A DNA stretch of 64,000 nt, from NCBI GenBank assembly GCA_051362555.1, contig CM120641.1, forward strand, positions 22,884,401 through 22,948,400. Reading direction: 5' to 3'. The translations under genes and the position numbers were made by a program. Under the pieces are notes generated by a model. It did no database searches. It saw only the letters and a list, made by a program, of their open reading frames with translations, and was not told where the DNA came from. Positions 40,484-53,512 of this stretch are shown one piece after another. Numbering within the stretch: position 1 is the first letter of the stretch; the number at the start of each line of letters is the position of its first letter. Source of the DNA: Lingula anatina. Its lineage: Eukaryota > Animalia > Brachiopoda.

Positions 40484-43400
40484 ATGACCCGTCACCAATT
40501 TTTCCAAAAAGTGATGAAAATTAATTTACCACACCTGACATTCATAAAAAATGTGGAAACGCGCCCGGGTCACTTCATTAAAGCCCCCAATTTCAGCTTT
40601 AAAGATTGCCAGAAAGCACACCTGAGAACAGGATTTGGAGAGAGGGGGGTGGAGAGAGTTTTTGCTCTATTTCTTCCTAAATAATGACACAATCACTCGT
40701 CCAGCACTTTACCCTCACTACAAATGACCAAACACACCTACCTGACACAATATTGAAGAAAAAAATTTTTCATCCCTACCTGGCCAAAATTGAAGAAAAC
40801 TGCCATATCCGGACCTTACGAAAATCTCTCAAAATCACCCAAAAATGACCCGTCACCAATTTTTCCAAAAAGTGATGAAAATTAATTTACCACACCTGAC
40901 ATTCATAAAAAATGTGGAAACGCGCCCGGGTCACTTCATTAAAGCCCCCAATTTCAGCTTTAAAGATTGCCAGAAAGCACACCTGAGAACAGGATTTGGA
41001 GAGAGGGGGGGTGGAGAGAGTTTTTGCTCTATTTCTTCCTAAATAATGACACAATCACTCTTCCAGCACTTTACCCTCACTACAAATGACCAAACACACC
41101 TACCTGACACAATATTGAAGAAAAAAATTTTTCATCCCTACCTGGCCAAAATTGAAGAAAACTGCCATATCCGGACCTTACGAAAATCTCTCAAAATCAC
41201 CCAAAAATGACCCGTCACCAATTTTTCCAAAAAGTGATGAAAATTAATTTACCACACCTGACATTTATAAAAAATGTGGAAAAGCGCCCGGGTCACTTCA
41301 TTAAAGCCCCCAATTTCAGCTTTAAAGATTGCCAGAAAGCACACCTGAGAACAGGATTTGGAGAGAGGGGGGGTGGAGAGAGTTTTTGCTCTATTTCTTC
41401 CTAAATAATGACACAATCACTCTTCCAGCACTTTACCCTCACTACAAATGACCAAACACACCTACCTGACACAATATTGAAGAAAAAAATTTTTCATCCC
41501 TACCTGGCCAAAATTGAAGAAAACTGCCATATCCGGACCTTACGAAAATCTCTCAAAATCACCCAAAAATGACTCGTCACCAATTTTTCCAAAAAGTGAT
41601 GAAAATTAATTTACCACACCTGACATTCATAAAAAATGTGGAAACGCGCCCGGGTCACTTCATTAAAGCCCCCAATTTCAGCTTTAAAGATTGCCAGAAA
41701 GCACACCTGAAAACAGATTTTTGGAGAGAGGGGGGTGGAGAGAGTTTTTGCTCTATTTCTTCCTAAATAATGACACAATCACTCTTCCAGCACTTTACCC
41801 TCACTACAAATGACCAAACACACCTACCTGACACAATATTGAAGAAAAAAATTTTTCATCCCTACCTGGCCAAAATTGAAGAAAACTGCCATATCCGGAC
41901 CTTACGAAAATCTCTCAAAATCACCCAAAAATGACCCGTCACCAATTTTTCCAAAAAGTGATGAAAATTAATTTACCACACCTGACATTCATAAAAAATG
42001 TGGAAACGCGCCCGGGTCACTTCATTAAAGCCCCCAATTTCAGCTTTAAAGATTGCCAGAAAGCACACCTGAGAACAGGATTTGGAGAGAGGGGGGGTGG
42101 AGAGAGTTTTTGCTCTATTTCTTCCTAAATAATGACACAATCACTCTTCCAGCACTTTACCCTCACTACAAATGACCAAACACACCTACCTGACACAATA
42201 TTGAAGAAAAAAATTTTTCATCCCTACCTGGCCAAAATTGAAGAAAACTGCCATATCCGGACCTTACGAAAATCTCTCAAAATCACCCAAAAATGACTCG
42301 TCACCAATTTTTCCAAAAAGTGATGAAAATTAATTTACCACACCTGACATTCATAAAAAATGTGGAAACGCGCCCGGGTCACTTCATTAAAGCCCCCAAT
42401 TTCAGCTTTAAAGATTGCCAGAAAGCACACCTGAGAACAGGATTTGGAGAGAGGGGGGTGGAGAGAGTTTTTGCTCTATTTCTTCCTAAATAATGACACA
42501 ATCACTCGTCCAGCACTTTACCCTCACTACAAATGACCAAACACACCTACCTGACACAATATTGAAGAAAAAAATTTTTCATCCCTACCTGGCCAAAATT
42601 GAAGAAAACTGCCATATCCGGACCTTACGAAAATCTCTCAAAATCACCCAAAAATGACCCGTCACCAATTTTTCCAAAAAGTGATGAAAATTAATTTACC
42701 ACACCTGACATTCATAAAAAATGTGGAAACGCGCCCGGGTCACTTCATTAAAGCCCCCAATTTCAGCTTTAAAGATTGCCAGAAAGCACACCTGAGAACA
42801 GGATTTGGAGAGAGGGGGGGTGGAGAGAGTTTTTGCTCTATTTCTTCCTAAATAATGACACAATCACTCTTCCAGCACTTTACCCTCACTACAAATGACC
42901 AAACACACCTACCTGACACAATATTGAAGAAAAAAATTTTTCATCCCTACCTGGCCAAAATTGAAGAAAACTGCCATATCCGGACCTTACGAAAATCTCT
43001 CAAAATCACCCAAAAATGACCCGTCACCAATTTTTCCAAAAAGTGATGAAAATTAATTTACCACACCTGACATTCATAAAAAATGTGGAAAAGCGCCCGG
43101 GTCACTTCATTAAAGCCCCCAATTTCAGCTTTAAAGATTGCCAGAAAGCACACCTGAGAACAGGATTTGGAGAGAGGGGGGGTGGAGAGAGTTTTTGCTC
43201 TATTTCTTCCTAAATAATGACACAATCACTCTTCCAGCACTTTACCCTCACTACAAATGACCAAACACACCTACCTGACACAATATTGAAGAAAAAAATT
43301 TTTCATCCCTACCTGGCCAAAATTGAAGAAAACTGCCATATCCGGACCTTACGAAAATCTCTCAAAATCACCCAAAAATGACTCGTCACCAATTTTTCCA

Positions 43401-44300
43401 AAAAGTGATGAAAATTAATTTACCACACCTGACATTCATAAAAAATGTGGAAACGCGCCCGGGTCACTTCATTAAAGCCCCCAATTTCAGCTTTAAAGAT
43501 TGCCAGAAAGCACACCTGAGAACAGGATTTGGAGAGAGGGGGGTGGAGAGAGTTTTTGCTCTATTTCTTCCTAAATAATGACACAATCACTCTTCCAGCA
43601 CTTTACCCTCACTACAAATGACCAAACACACCTACCTGACACAATATTGAAGAAAAAAATTTTTCATCCCTACCTGGCCAAAATTGAAGAAAACTGCCAT
43701 ATCCGGACCTTACGAAAATCTCTCAAAATCACCCAAAAATGACCCGTCACCAATTTTTCCAAAAAGTGATGAAAATTAATTTACCACACCTGACATTCAT
43801 AAAAAATGTGGAAACGCGCCCGGGTCACTTCATTAAAGCCCCCAATTTCAGCTTTAAAGATTGCCAGAAAGCACACCTGAGAACAGGATTTGGAGAGAGG
43901 GGGGGTGGAGAGAGTTTTTGCTCTATTTCTTCCTAAATAATGACACAATCACTCTTCCAGCACTTTACCCTCACTACAAATGACCAAACACACCTACCTG
44001 ACACAATATTGAAGAAAAAAATTTTTCATCCCTACCTGGCCAAAATTGAAGAAAACTGCCATATCCGGACCTTACGAAAATCTCTCAAAATCACCCAAAA
44101 ATGACTCGTCACCAATTTTTCCAAAAAGTGATGAAAATTAATTTACCACACCTGACATTCATAAAAAATGTGGAAACGCGCCCGGGTCACTTCATTAAAG
44201 CCCCCAATTTCAGCTTTAAAGATTGCCAGAAAGCACACCTGAGAACAGGATTTGGAGAGAGGGGGGTGGAGAGAGTTTTTGCTCTATTTCTTCCTAAATA
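40484..44300. repeat. 5-monomer (1809-bp) higher-order repeat, ~2 copies
   Basis: ACTCGTCC 40699/42508, GGAAAAGCG 41283/43092 and GACTCG 41574/43383 all at +1809; GACTCG 42298/44106 at +1808. Confidence 0.88.
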
Positions 44301-45547
44301 ATGACACAATCACTCTTCCAGCACTTTACCCTCACTACAAATGACCAAACACACCTACCTGACACAATATTGAAGAAAAAAATTTTTCATCCCTACCTGG
44401 CCAAAATTGAAGAAAACTGCCATATCCGGACCTTACGAAAATCTCTCAAAATCACCCAAAAATGACCCGTCACCAATTTTTCCAAAAAGTGATGAAAATT
44501 AATTTACCACACCTGACATTCATAAAAAATGTGGAAACGCGCCCGGGTCACTTCATTAAAGCCCCCAATTTCAGCTTTAAAGATTGCCAGAAAGCACACC
44601 TGAGAACAGGATTTGGAGAGAGGGGGGGTGGAGAGAGTTTTTGCTCTATTTCTTCCTAAATAATGACACAATCACTCTTCCAGCACTTTACCCTCACTAC
44701 AAATGACCAAACACACCTACCTGACACAATATTGAAGAAAAAAATTTTTCATCCCTACCTGGCCAAAATTGAAGAAAACTGCCATATCCGGACCTTACGA
44801 AAATCTCTCAAAATCACCCAAAAATGACCCGTCACCAATTTTTCCAAAAAGTGATGAAAATTAATTTACCACACCTGACATTCATAAAAAATGTGGAAAC
44901 GCGCCCGGGTCACTTCATTAAAGCCCCCAATTTCAGCTTTAAAGATTGCCAGAAAGCACACCTGAGAACAGGATTTGGAGAGAGGGGGGGTGGAGAGAGT
45001 TTTTGCTCTATTTCTTCCTAAATAATGACACAATCACTCTTCCAGCACTTTACCCTCACTACAAATGACCAAACACACCTACCTGACACAATATTGAAGA
45101 AAAAAATTTTTCATCCCTACCTGGCCAAAATTGAAGAAAACTGCCATATCCGGACCTTACGAAAATCTCTCAAAATCACCCAAAAATGACCCGTCACCAA
45201 TTTTTCCAAAAAGTGATGAAAATTAATTTACCACACCTGACATTCATAAAAAATGTGGAAACGCGCCCGGGTCACTTCATTAAAGCCCCCAATTTCAGCT
45301 TTAAAGATTGCCAGAAAGCACACCTGAGAACAGGATTTGGAGAGAGGGGGGGTGGAGAGAGTTTTTGCTCTATTTCTTCCTAAATAATGACACAATCACT
45401 CTTCCAGCACTTTACCCTCACTACAAATGACCAAACACACCTACCTGACACAATATTGAAGAAAAAAATTTTTCATCCCTACCTGGCCAAAATTGAAGAA
45501 AACTGCCATATCCGGACCTTACGAAAATCTCTCAAAATCACCCAAAA

Positions 45548-48500
45548 ATGACCCGTCACCAATTTTTCCAAAAAGTGATGAAAATTAATTTACCACACCT
45601 GACATTCATAAAAAATGTGGAAACGCGCCCGGGTCACTTCATTAAAGCCCCCAATTTCAGCTTTAAAGATTGCCAGAAAGCACACCTGAGAACAGGATTA
45701 AGAGAGAGGGGGGGGTGGAGAGAGTTTTTGCTCTATTTCTTCCTAAATAATGACACAATCACTCTTCCAGCACTTTACCCTCACTACAAATGACCAAACA
45801 CACCTACCTGACACAATATTGAAGAAAAAAATTTTTCATCCCTACCTGGCCAAAATTGAAGAAAACTGCCATATCCGGACCTTACGAAAATCTCTCAAAA
45901 TCACCCAAAAATGACCCGTCACCAATTTTTCCAAAAAGTGATGAAAATTAATTTACCACACCTGACATTCATAAAAAATGTGGAAACGCGCCCGGGTCAC
46001 TTCATTAAAGCCCCCAATTTCAGCTTTAAAGATTGCCAGAAAGCACACCTGAGAACAGGATTTGGAGAGAGGGGGGGTGGAGAGAGTTTTTGCTCTATTT
46101 CTTCCTAAATAATGACACAATCACTCTTCCAGCACTTTACCCTCACTACAAATGACCAAACACACCTACCTGACACAATATTGAAGAAAAAAATTTTTCA
46201 TCCCTACCTGGCCAAAATTGAAGAAAACTGCCATATCCGGACCTTACGAAAATCTCTCAAAATCACCCAAAAATGACCCGTCACCAATTTTTCCAAAAAG
46301 TGATGAAAATTAATTTACCACACCTGACATTCATAAAAAATGTGGAAACGCGCCCGGGTCACTTCATTAAAGCCCCCAATTTCAGCTTTAAAGATTGCCA
46401 GAAAGCACACCTGAGAACAGGATTTGGAGAGAGGGGGGGTGGAGAGAGTTTTTGCTCTATTTCTTCCTAAATAATGACACAATCACTCTTCCAGCACTTT
46501 ACCCTCACTACAAATGACCAAACACACCTACCTGACACAATATTGAAGAAAAAAATTTTTCATCCCTACCTGGCCAAAATTGAAGAAAACTGCCATATCC
46601 GGACCTTACGAAAATCTCTCAAAATCACCCAAAAATGACCCGTCACCAATTTTTCCAAAAAGTGATGAAAATTAATTTACCACACCTGACATTCATAAAA
46701 AATGTGGAAACGCGCCCGGGTCACTTCATTAAAGCCCCCAATTTCAGCTTTAAAGATTGCCAGAAAGCACACCTGAGAACAGGATTTGGAGAGAGGGGGG
46801 TGGAGAGAGTTTTTGCTCTATTTCTTCCTAAATAATGACACAATCACTCTTCCAGCACTTTACCCTCACTACAAATGACCAAACACACCTACCTGACACA
46901 ATATTGAAGAAAAAAATTTTTCATCCCTACCTGGCCAAAATTGAAGAAAACTGCCATATCCGGACCTTACGAAAATCTCTCAAAATCACCCAAAAATGAC
47001 CCGTCACCAATTTTTCCAAAAAGTGATGAAAATTAATTTACCACACCTGACATTCATAAAAAATGTGGAAACGCGCCCGGGTCACTTCATTAAAGCCCCC
47101 AATTTCAGCTTTAAAGATTGCCAGAAAGCACACCTGAGAACAGGATTAAGAGAGAGGGGGGGGTGGAGAGAGTTTTTGCTCTATTTCTTCCTAAATAATG
47201 ACACAATCACTCTTCCAGCACTTTACCCTCACTACAAATGACCAAACACACCTACCTGACACAATATTGAAGAAAAAAATTTTTCATCCCTACCTGGCCA
47301 AAATTGAAGAAAACTGCCATATCCGGACCTTACGAAAATCTCTCAAAATCACCCAAAAATGACCCGTCACCAATTTTTCCAAAAAGTGATGAAAATTAAT
47401 TTACCACACCTGACATTCATAAAAAATGTGGAAACGCGCCCGGGTCACTTCATTAAAGCCCCCAATTTCAGCTTTAAAGATTGCCAGAAAGCACACCTGA
47501 GAACAGGATTTGGAGAGAGGGGGGGTGGAGAGAGTTTTTGCTCTATTTCTTCCTAAATAATGACACAATCACTCTTCCAGCACTTTACCCTCACTACAAA
47601 TGACCAAACACACCTACCTGACACAATATTGAAGAAAAAAATTTTTCATCCCTACCTGGCCAAAATTGAAGAAAACTGCCATATCCGGACCTTACGAAAA
47701 TCTCTCAAAATCACCCAAAAATGACCCGTCACCAATTTTTCCAAAAAGTGATGAAAATTAATTTACCACACCTGACATTCATAAAAAATGTGGAAACGCA
47801 CCCGGGTCACTTCATTAAAGCCCCCAATTTCAGCTTTAAAGATTGCCAGAAAGCACACCTGAGAACAGGATTTCGAGAGAGGGGTGGTGGAGAGAGTTTT
47901 TGCTCTATTTCTTCCTAAATAATGACACAATCACTCTTCCAGCACTTTACCCTCACTACAAATGACCAAACACACCTACCTGACACAATATTGAAGAAAA
48001 AAATTTTTCATCCCTACCTGGCCAAAATTGAAGAAAACTGCCATATCCGGACCTTACGAAAATCTCTCAAAATCACCCAAAAATGACCCGTCACCAATTT
48101 TTCCAAAAAGTGATGAAAATTAATTTACCACACCTGACATTCATAAAAAATGTGGAAACGCGCCCGGGTCACTTCATTAAAGCCCCCAATTTCAGCTTTA
48201 AAGATTGCCAGAAAGCACACCTGAGAACAGGATTTGGAGAGAGGGGGGGTGGAAAGAGTTTTTGCTCTATTTCTTCCTAAATAATGACACAATCACTCTT
48301 CCAGCACTTTACCCTCACTACAAATGACCAAACACACCTACCTGACACAATATTGAAGAAAAAAATTTTTCATCCCTACCTGGCCAAAATTGAAGAAAAC
48401 TGCCATATCCGGACCTTACGAAAATCTCTCAAAATCACCCAAAAATGACCCGTCACCAATTTTTCCAAAAAGTGATGAAAATTAATTTACCACACCTGAC

Positions 48501-51500
48501 ATTCATAAAAAATGTGGAAACGCGCCCGGGTCACTTCATTAAAGCCCCCAATTTCAGCTTTAAAGATTGCCAGAAAGCACACCTGAGAACAGGATTTGGA
48601 GAGAGGGGGGGGTGGAGAGAGTTTTTGCTCCATTTCTTCCTAAATAATGACACAATCACTCTTCCAGCACTTTACCCTCACTACAAATGACCAAACACAC
48701 CTACCTGACACAATATTGAAGAAAAAAATTTTTCATCCCTACCTGGCCAAAATTGAAGAAAACTGCCATATCCGGACCTTACGAAAATCTCTCAAAATCA
48801 CCCAAAAATGACCCGTCACCAATTTTTCCAAAAAGTGATGAAAATTAATTTACCACACCTGACATTCATAAAAAATGTGGAAACGCGCCCGGGTCACTTC
48901 ATTAAAGCCCCCAATTTCAGCTTTAAAGATTGCCAGAAAGCACACCTGAGAACAGGATTTGGAGAGAGGGGGGGTGGAGAGAGTTTTTGCTCTATTTCTT
49001 CCTAAATAATGACACAATCACTCTTCCAGCACTTTACCCTCACTACAAATGACCAAACACACCTACCTGACACAATATTGAAGAAAAAATTTTTCATCCC
49101 TACCTGGCCAAAATTGAAGAAAACTGCCATATCCGGACCTTACGAAAATCTCTCAAAATCACCCAAAAATGACCCGTCACCAATTTTTCCAAAAAGTGAT
49201 GAAAATTAATTTACCACACCTGACATTCATAAAAAATGTGGAAACGCGCCCGGGTCACTTCATTAAAGCCCCCAATTTCAGCTTTAAAGATTGCCAGAAA
49301 GCACACCTGAGAACAGGATTTCGAGAGAGGGGTGGTGGAGAGAGTTTTTGCTCTATTTCTTCCTAAATAATGACACAATCACTCTTCCAGCACTTTACCC
49401 TCACTACAAATGACCAAACACACCTACCTGACACAATATTGAAGAAAAAAATTTTTCATCCCTACCTGGCCAAAATTGAAGAAAACTGCCATATCCGGAC
49501 CTTACGAAAATCTCTCAAAATCACCCAAAAATGACTCGTCACCAATTTTTCCAAAAAGTGATGAAAATTAATTTACCACACCTGACATTCATAAAAAATG
49601 TGGAAACGCGCCCGGGTCACTTCATTAAAGCCCCCAATTTCAGCTTTAAAGATTGCCAGAAAGCACACCTGAGAACAGGATTTGGAGAGAGGGGGCTGGA
49701 GAGAGTTTTTGCTCTATTTCTTCCTAAATAATGACACAATCACTCTTCCAGCACTTTACCCTCACTACAAATGACCAAACACACCTACCTGACACAATAT
49801 TGAAGAAAAAAATTTTTCATCCCTACCTGGCCAAAATTGAAGAAAACTGCCATATCCGGACCTTACGAAAATCTCTCAAAATCACCCAAAAATGACCCGT
49901 CACCAATTTTTCCAAAAAGTGATGAAAATTAATTTACCACACCTGACATTCATAAAAAATGTGGAAACGCGCCCGGGTCACTTCAATAAAGCCCCCAATT
50001 TCAGCTTTAAAGATTGCCAGAAAGCACACCTGAGAACAGGATTTGGAGAGAGGGGGGTGGAGAGAGTTTTTGCTCTATTTCTTCCTAAATAATGACACAA
50101 TCACTCTTCCAGCACTTTACCCTCACTACAAATGACCAAACACACCTACCTGACACAATATTGAAGAAAAAAATTTTTCATCCCTACCTGGCCAAAATTG
50201 AAGAAAACTGCCATATCCGGACCTTACGAAAATCTCTCAAAATCACCCAAAAATGACCCGTCACCAATTTTTCCAAAAAGTGATGAAAATTAATTTACCA
50301 CACCTGACATTCATAAAAAATGTGGAAACGTGCCCGGGTCACTTCATTAAAGCCCCCAATTTCAGCTTTAAAGATTGCCAGAAAGCACACCTGAGAACAG
50401 GATTTGGAGAGAGGGGGGGTGGAGAGAGTTTTTGCTCTATTTCTTCCTAAATAATGACACAATCACTCTTCCAGCACTTTACCCTCACTACAAATGACCA
50501 AACACACCTACCTGACACAATATTGAAGAAAAAAATTTTTCATCCCTACCTGGCCAAAATTGAAGAAAACTGCCATATCCGGACCTTACGAAAATCTCTC
50601 AAAATCACCCAAAAATGACCCGTCACCAATTTTTCCAAAAAGTGATGAAAATTAATTTACCACACCTGACATTCATAAAAAATGTGGAAACGCGCCCGGG
50701 TCACTTCATTAAAGCCCCCAATTTCAGCTTTAAAGATTGCCAGAAAGCACACCTGAGAACAGGATTTCGAGAGAGGGGTGGTGGAGAGAGTTTTTGCTCT
50801 ATTTCTTCCTAAATAATGACACAATCACTCTTCCAGCACTTTACCCTCACTACAAATGACCAAACACACCTACCTGACACAATATTGAAGAAAAAAATTT
50901 TTCATCCCTACCTGGCCAAAATTGAAGAAAACTGCCATATCCGGACCTTACGAAAATCTCTCAAAATCACCCAAAAATGACCCGTCACCAATTTTTCCAA
51001 AAAGTGATGAAAATTAATTTACCACACCTGACATTCATAAAAAATGTGGAAACGCGCCCGGGTCACTTCATTAAAGCCCCCAATTTCAGCTTTAAAGATT
51101 GCCAGAAAGCACACCTGAGAACAGGATTTGGAGAGAGGGGGGGTGGAAAGAGTTTTTGCTCTATTTCTTCCTAAATAATGACACAATCACTCTTCCAGCA
51201 CTTTACCCTCACTACAAATGACCAAACACACCTACCTGACACAATATTGAAGAAAAAAATTTTTCATCCCTACCTGGCCAAAATTGAAGAAAACTGCCAT
51301 ATCCGGACCTTACGAAAATCTCTCAAAATCACCCAAAAATGACCCGTCACCAATTTTTCCAAAAAGTGATGAAAATTAATTTACCACACCTGACATTCAT
51401 AAAAAATGTGGAAACGCGCCCGGGTCACTTCATTAAAGCCCCTAATTTCAGCTTTAAAGATTGCCAGAAAGCACACCTGAGAACAGGATTTGGAGAGAGG

Positions 51501-53512
51501 GGGGGGTGGAGAGAGTTTTTGCTCCATTTCTTCCTAAATAATGACACAATCACTCTTCCAGCACTTTACCCTCACTACAAATGACCAAACACACCTACCT
51601 GACACAATATTGAAGAAAAAAATTTTTCATCCCTACCTGGCCAAAATTGAAGAAAACTGCCATATCCGGACCTTACGAAAATCTCTCAAAATCACCCAAA
51701 AATGACCCGTCACCAATTTTTCCAAAAAGTGATGAAAATTAATTTACCACACCTGACATTCATAAAAAATGTGGAAACGCGCCCGGGTCACTTCATTAAA
51801 GCCCCCAATTTCAGCTTTAAAGATTGCCAGAAAGCACACCTGAGAACAGGATTTGGAGAGAGGGGGGGTGGAGAGAGTTTTTGCTCTATTTCTTCCTAAA
51901 TAATGACACAATCACTCTTCCAGCACTTTACCCTCACTACAAATGACCAAACACACCTACCTGACACAATATTGAAGAAAAAAATTTTTCATCCCTACCT
52001 GGCCAAAATTGAAGAAAACTGCCATATCCGGACCTTACGAAAATCTCTCAAAATCACCCAAAAATGACCCGTCACCAATTTTTCCAAAAAGTGATGAAAA
52101 TTAATTTACCACACCTGACATTCATAAAAAATGTGGAAACGCGCCCGGGTCACTTCATTAAAGCCCCCAATTTCAGCTTTAAAGATTGCCAGAAAGCACA
52201 CCTGAGAACAGGATTTCAAGAGAGGGGTGGTGGAGAGAGTTTTTGCTCTATTTCTTCCTAAATAATGACACAATCACTCTTCCAGCACTTTACCCTCACT
52301 ACAAATGACCAAACACACCTACCTGACACAATATTGAAGAAAAAAATTTTTCATCCCTACCTGGCCAAAATTGAAGAAAACTGCCATATCCGGACCTTAC
52401 GAAAATCTCTCAAAATCACCCAAAAATGACCCGTCACCAATTTTTCCAAAAAGTGATGAAAATTAATTTACCACACCTGACATTCATAAAAAATGTGGAA
52501 ACGCACCCGGGTCACTTCATTAAAGCCCCCAATTTCAGCTTTAAAGATTGCCAGAAAGCACACCTGAGAACAGGATTTGGAGAGAGGGGGGGTGGAAAGA
52601 GTTTTTGCTCTATTTCTTCCTAAATAATGACACAATCACTCTTCCAGCACTTTACCCTCACTACAAATGACCAAACACACCTACCTGACACAATATTGAA
52701 GAAAAAAATTTTTCATCCCTACCTGGCCAAAATTGAAGAAAACTGCCATATCCGGACCTTACGAAAATCTCTCAAAATCACCCAAAAATGACCCGTCACC
52801 AATTTTTCCAAAAAGTGATGAAAATTAATTTACCACACCTGACATTCATAAAAAATGTGGAAACGCGCCCGGGTCACTTCATTAAAGCCCCCAATTTCAG
52901 CTTTAAAGATTGCCAGAAAGCACACCTGAGAACAGGATTTGGAGAGAGGGGGGGGTGGAGAGAGTTTTTGCTCTATTTCTTCCTAAATAATGACACAATC
53001 ACTCTTCCAGCACTTTACCCTCACTACAAATGACCAAACACACCTACCTGACACAATATTGAAGAAAAAAATTTTTCATCCCTACCTGGCCAAAATTGAA
53101 GAAAACTGCCATATCCGGACCTTACGAAAATCTCTCAAAATCACCCAAAAATGACCCGTCACCAATTTTTCCAAAAAGTGATGAAAATTAATTTACCACA
53201 CCTGACATTCATAAAAAATGTGGAAACGCGCCCGGGTCACTTCATTAAAGCCCCCAATTTCAGCTTTAAAGATTGCCAGAAAGCACACCTGAGAACAGGA
53301 TTTGGAGAGAGGGGGGGTGGAGAGAGTTTTTGCTCTATTTCTTCCTAAATAATGACACAATCACTCTTCCAGCACTTTACCCTCACTACAAATGACCAAA
53401 CACACCTACCTGACACAATATTTAAGAAAAAAAATTTTCATCCCTACCTGGCCAAAATTGAAGAAAACTGCCATATCCGGACCTTACGAAAATCTCTCAA
53501 AATCACCCAAAA
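45548..53512. repeat. 4-monomer (~1448-bp) higher-order repeat zone
   Basis: GGATTAAG+G8 at 45700/47148 (+1448). TTTC(G/A)AGAGAGGGGTGG in monomers 47721, 49169, 50615, 52064. GGAAAGAG in 48083, 50977, 52426. G8 in 48445, 51339, 52788, with CTCCAT in the first two. Confidence 0.88.
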
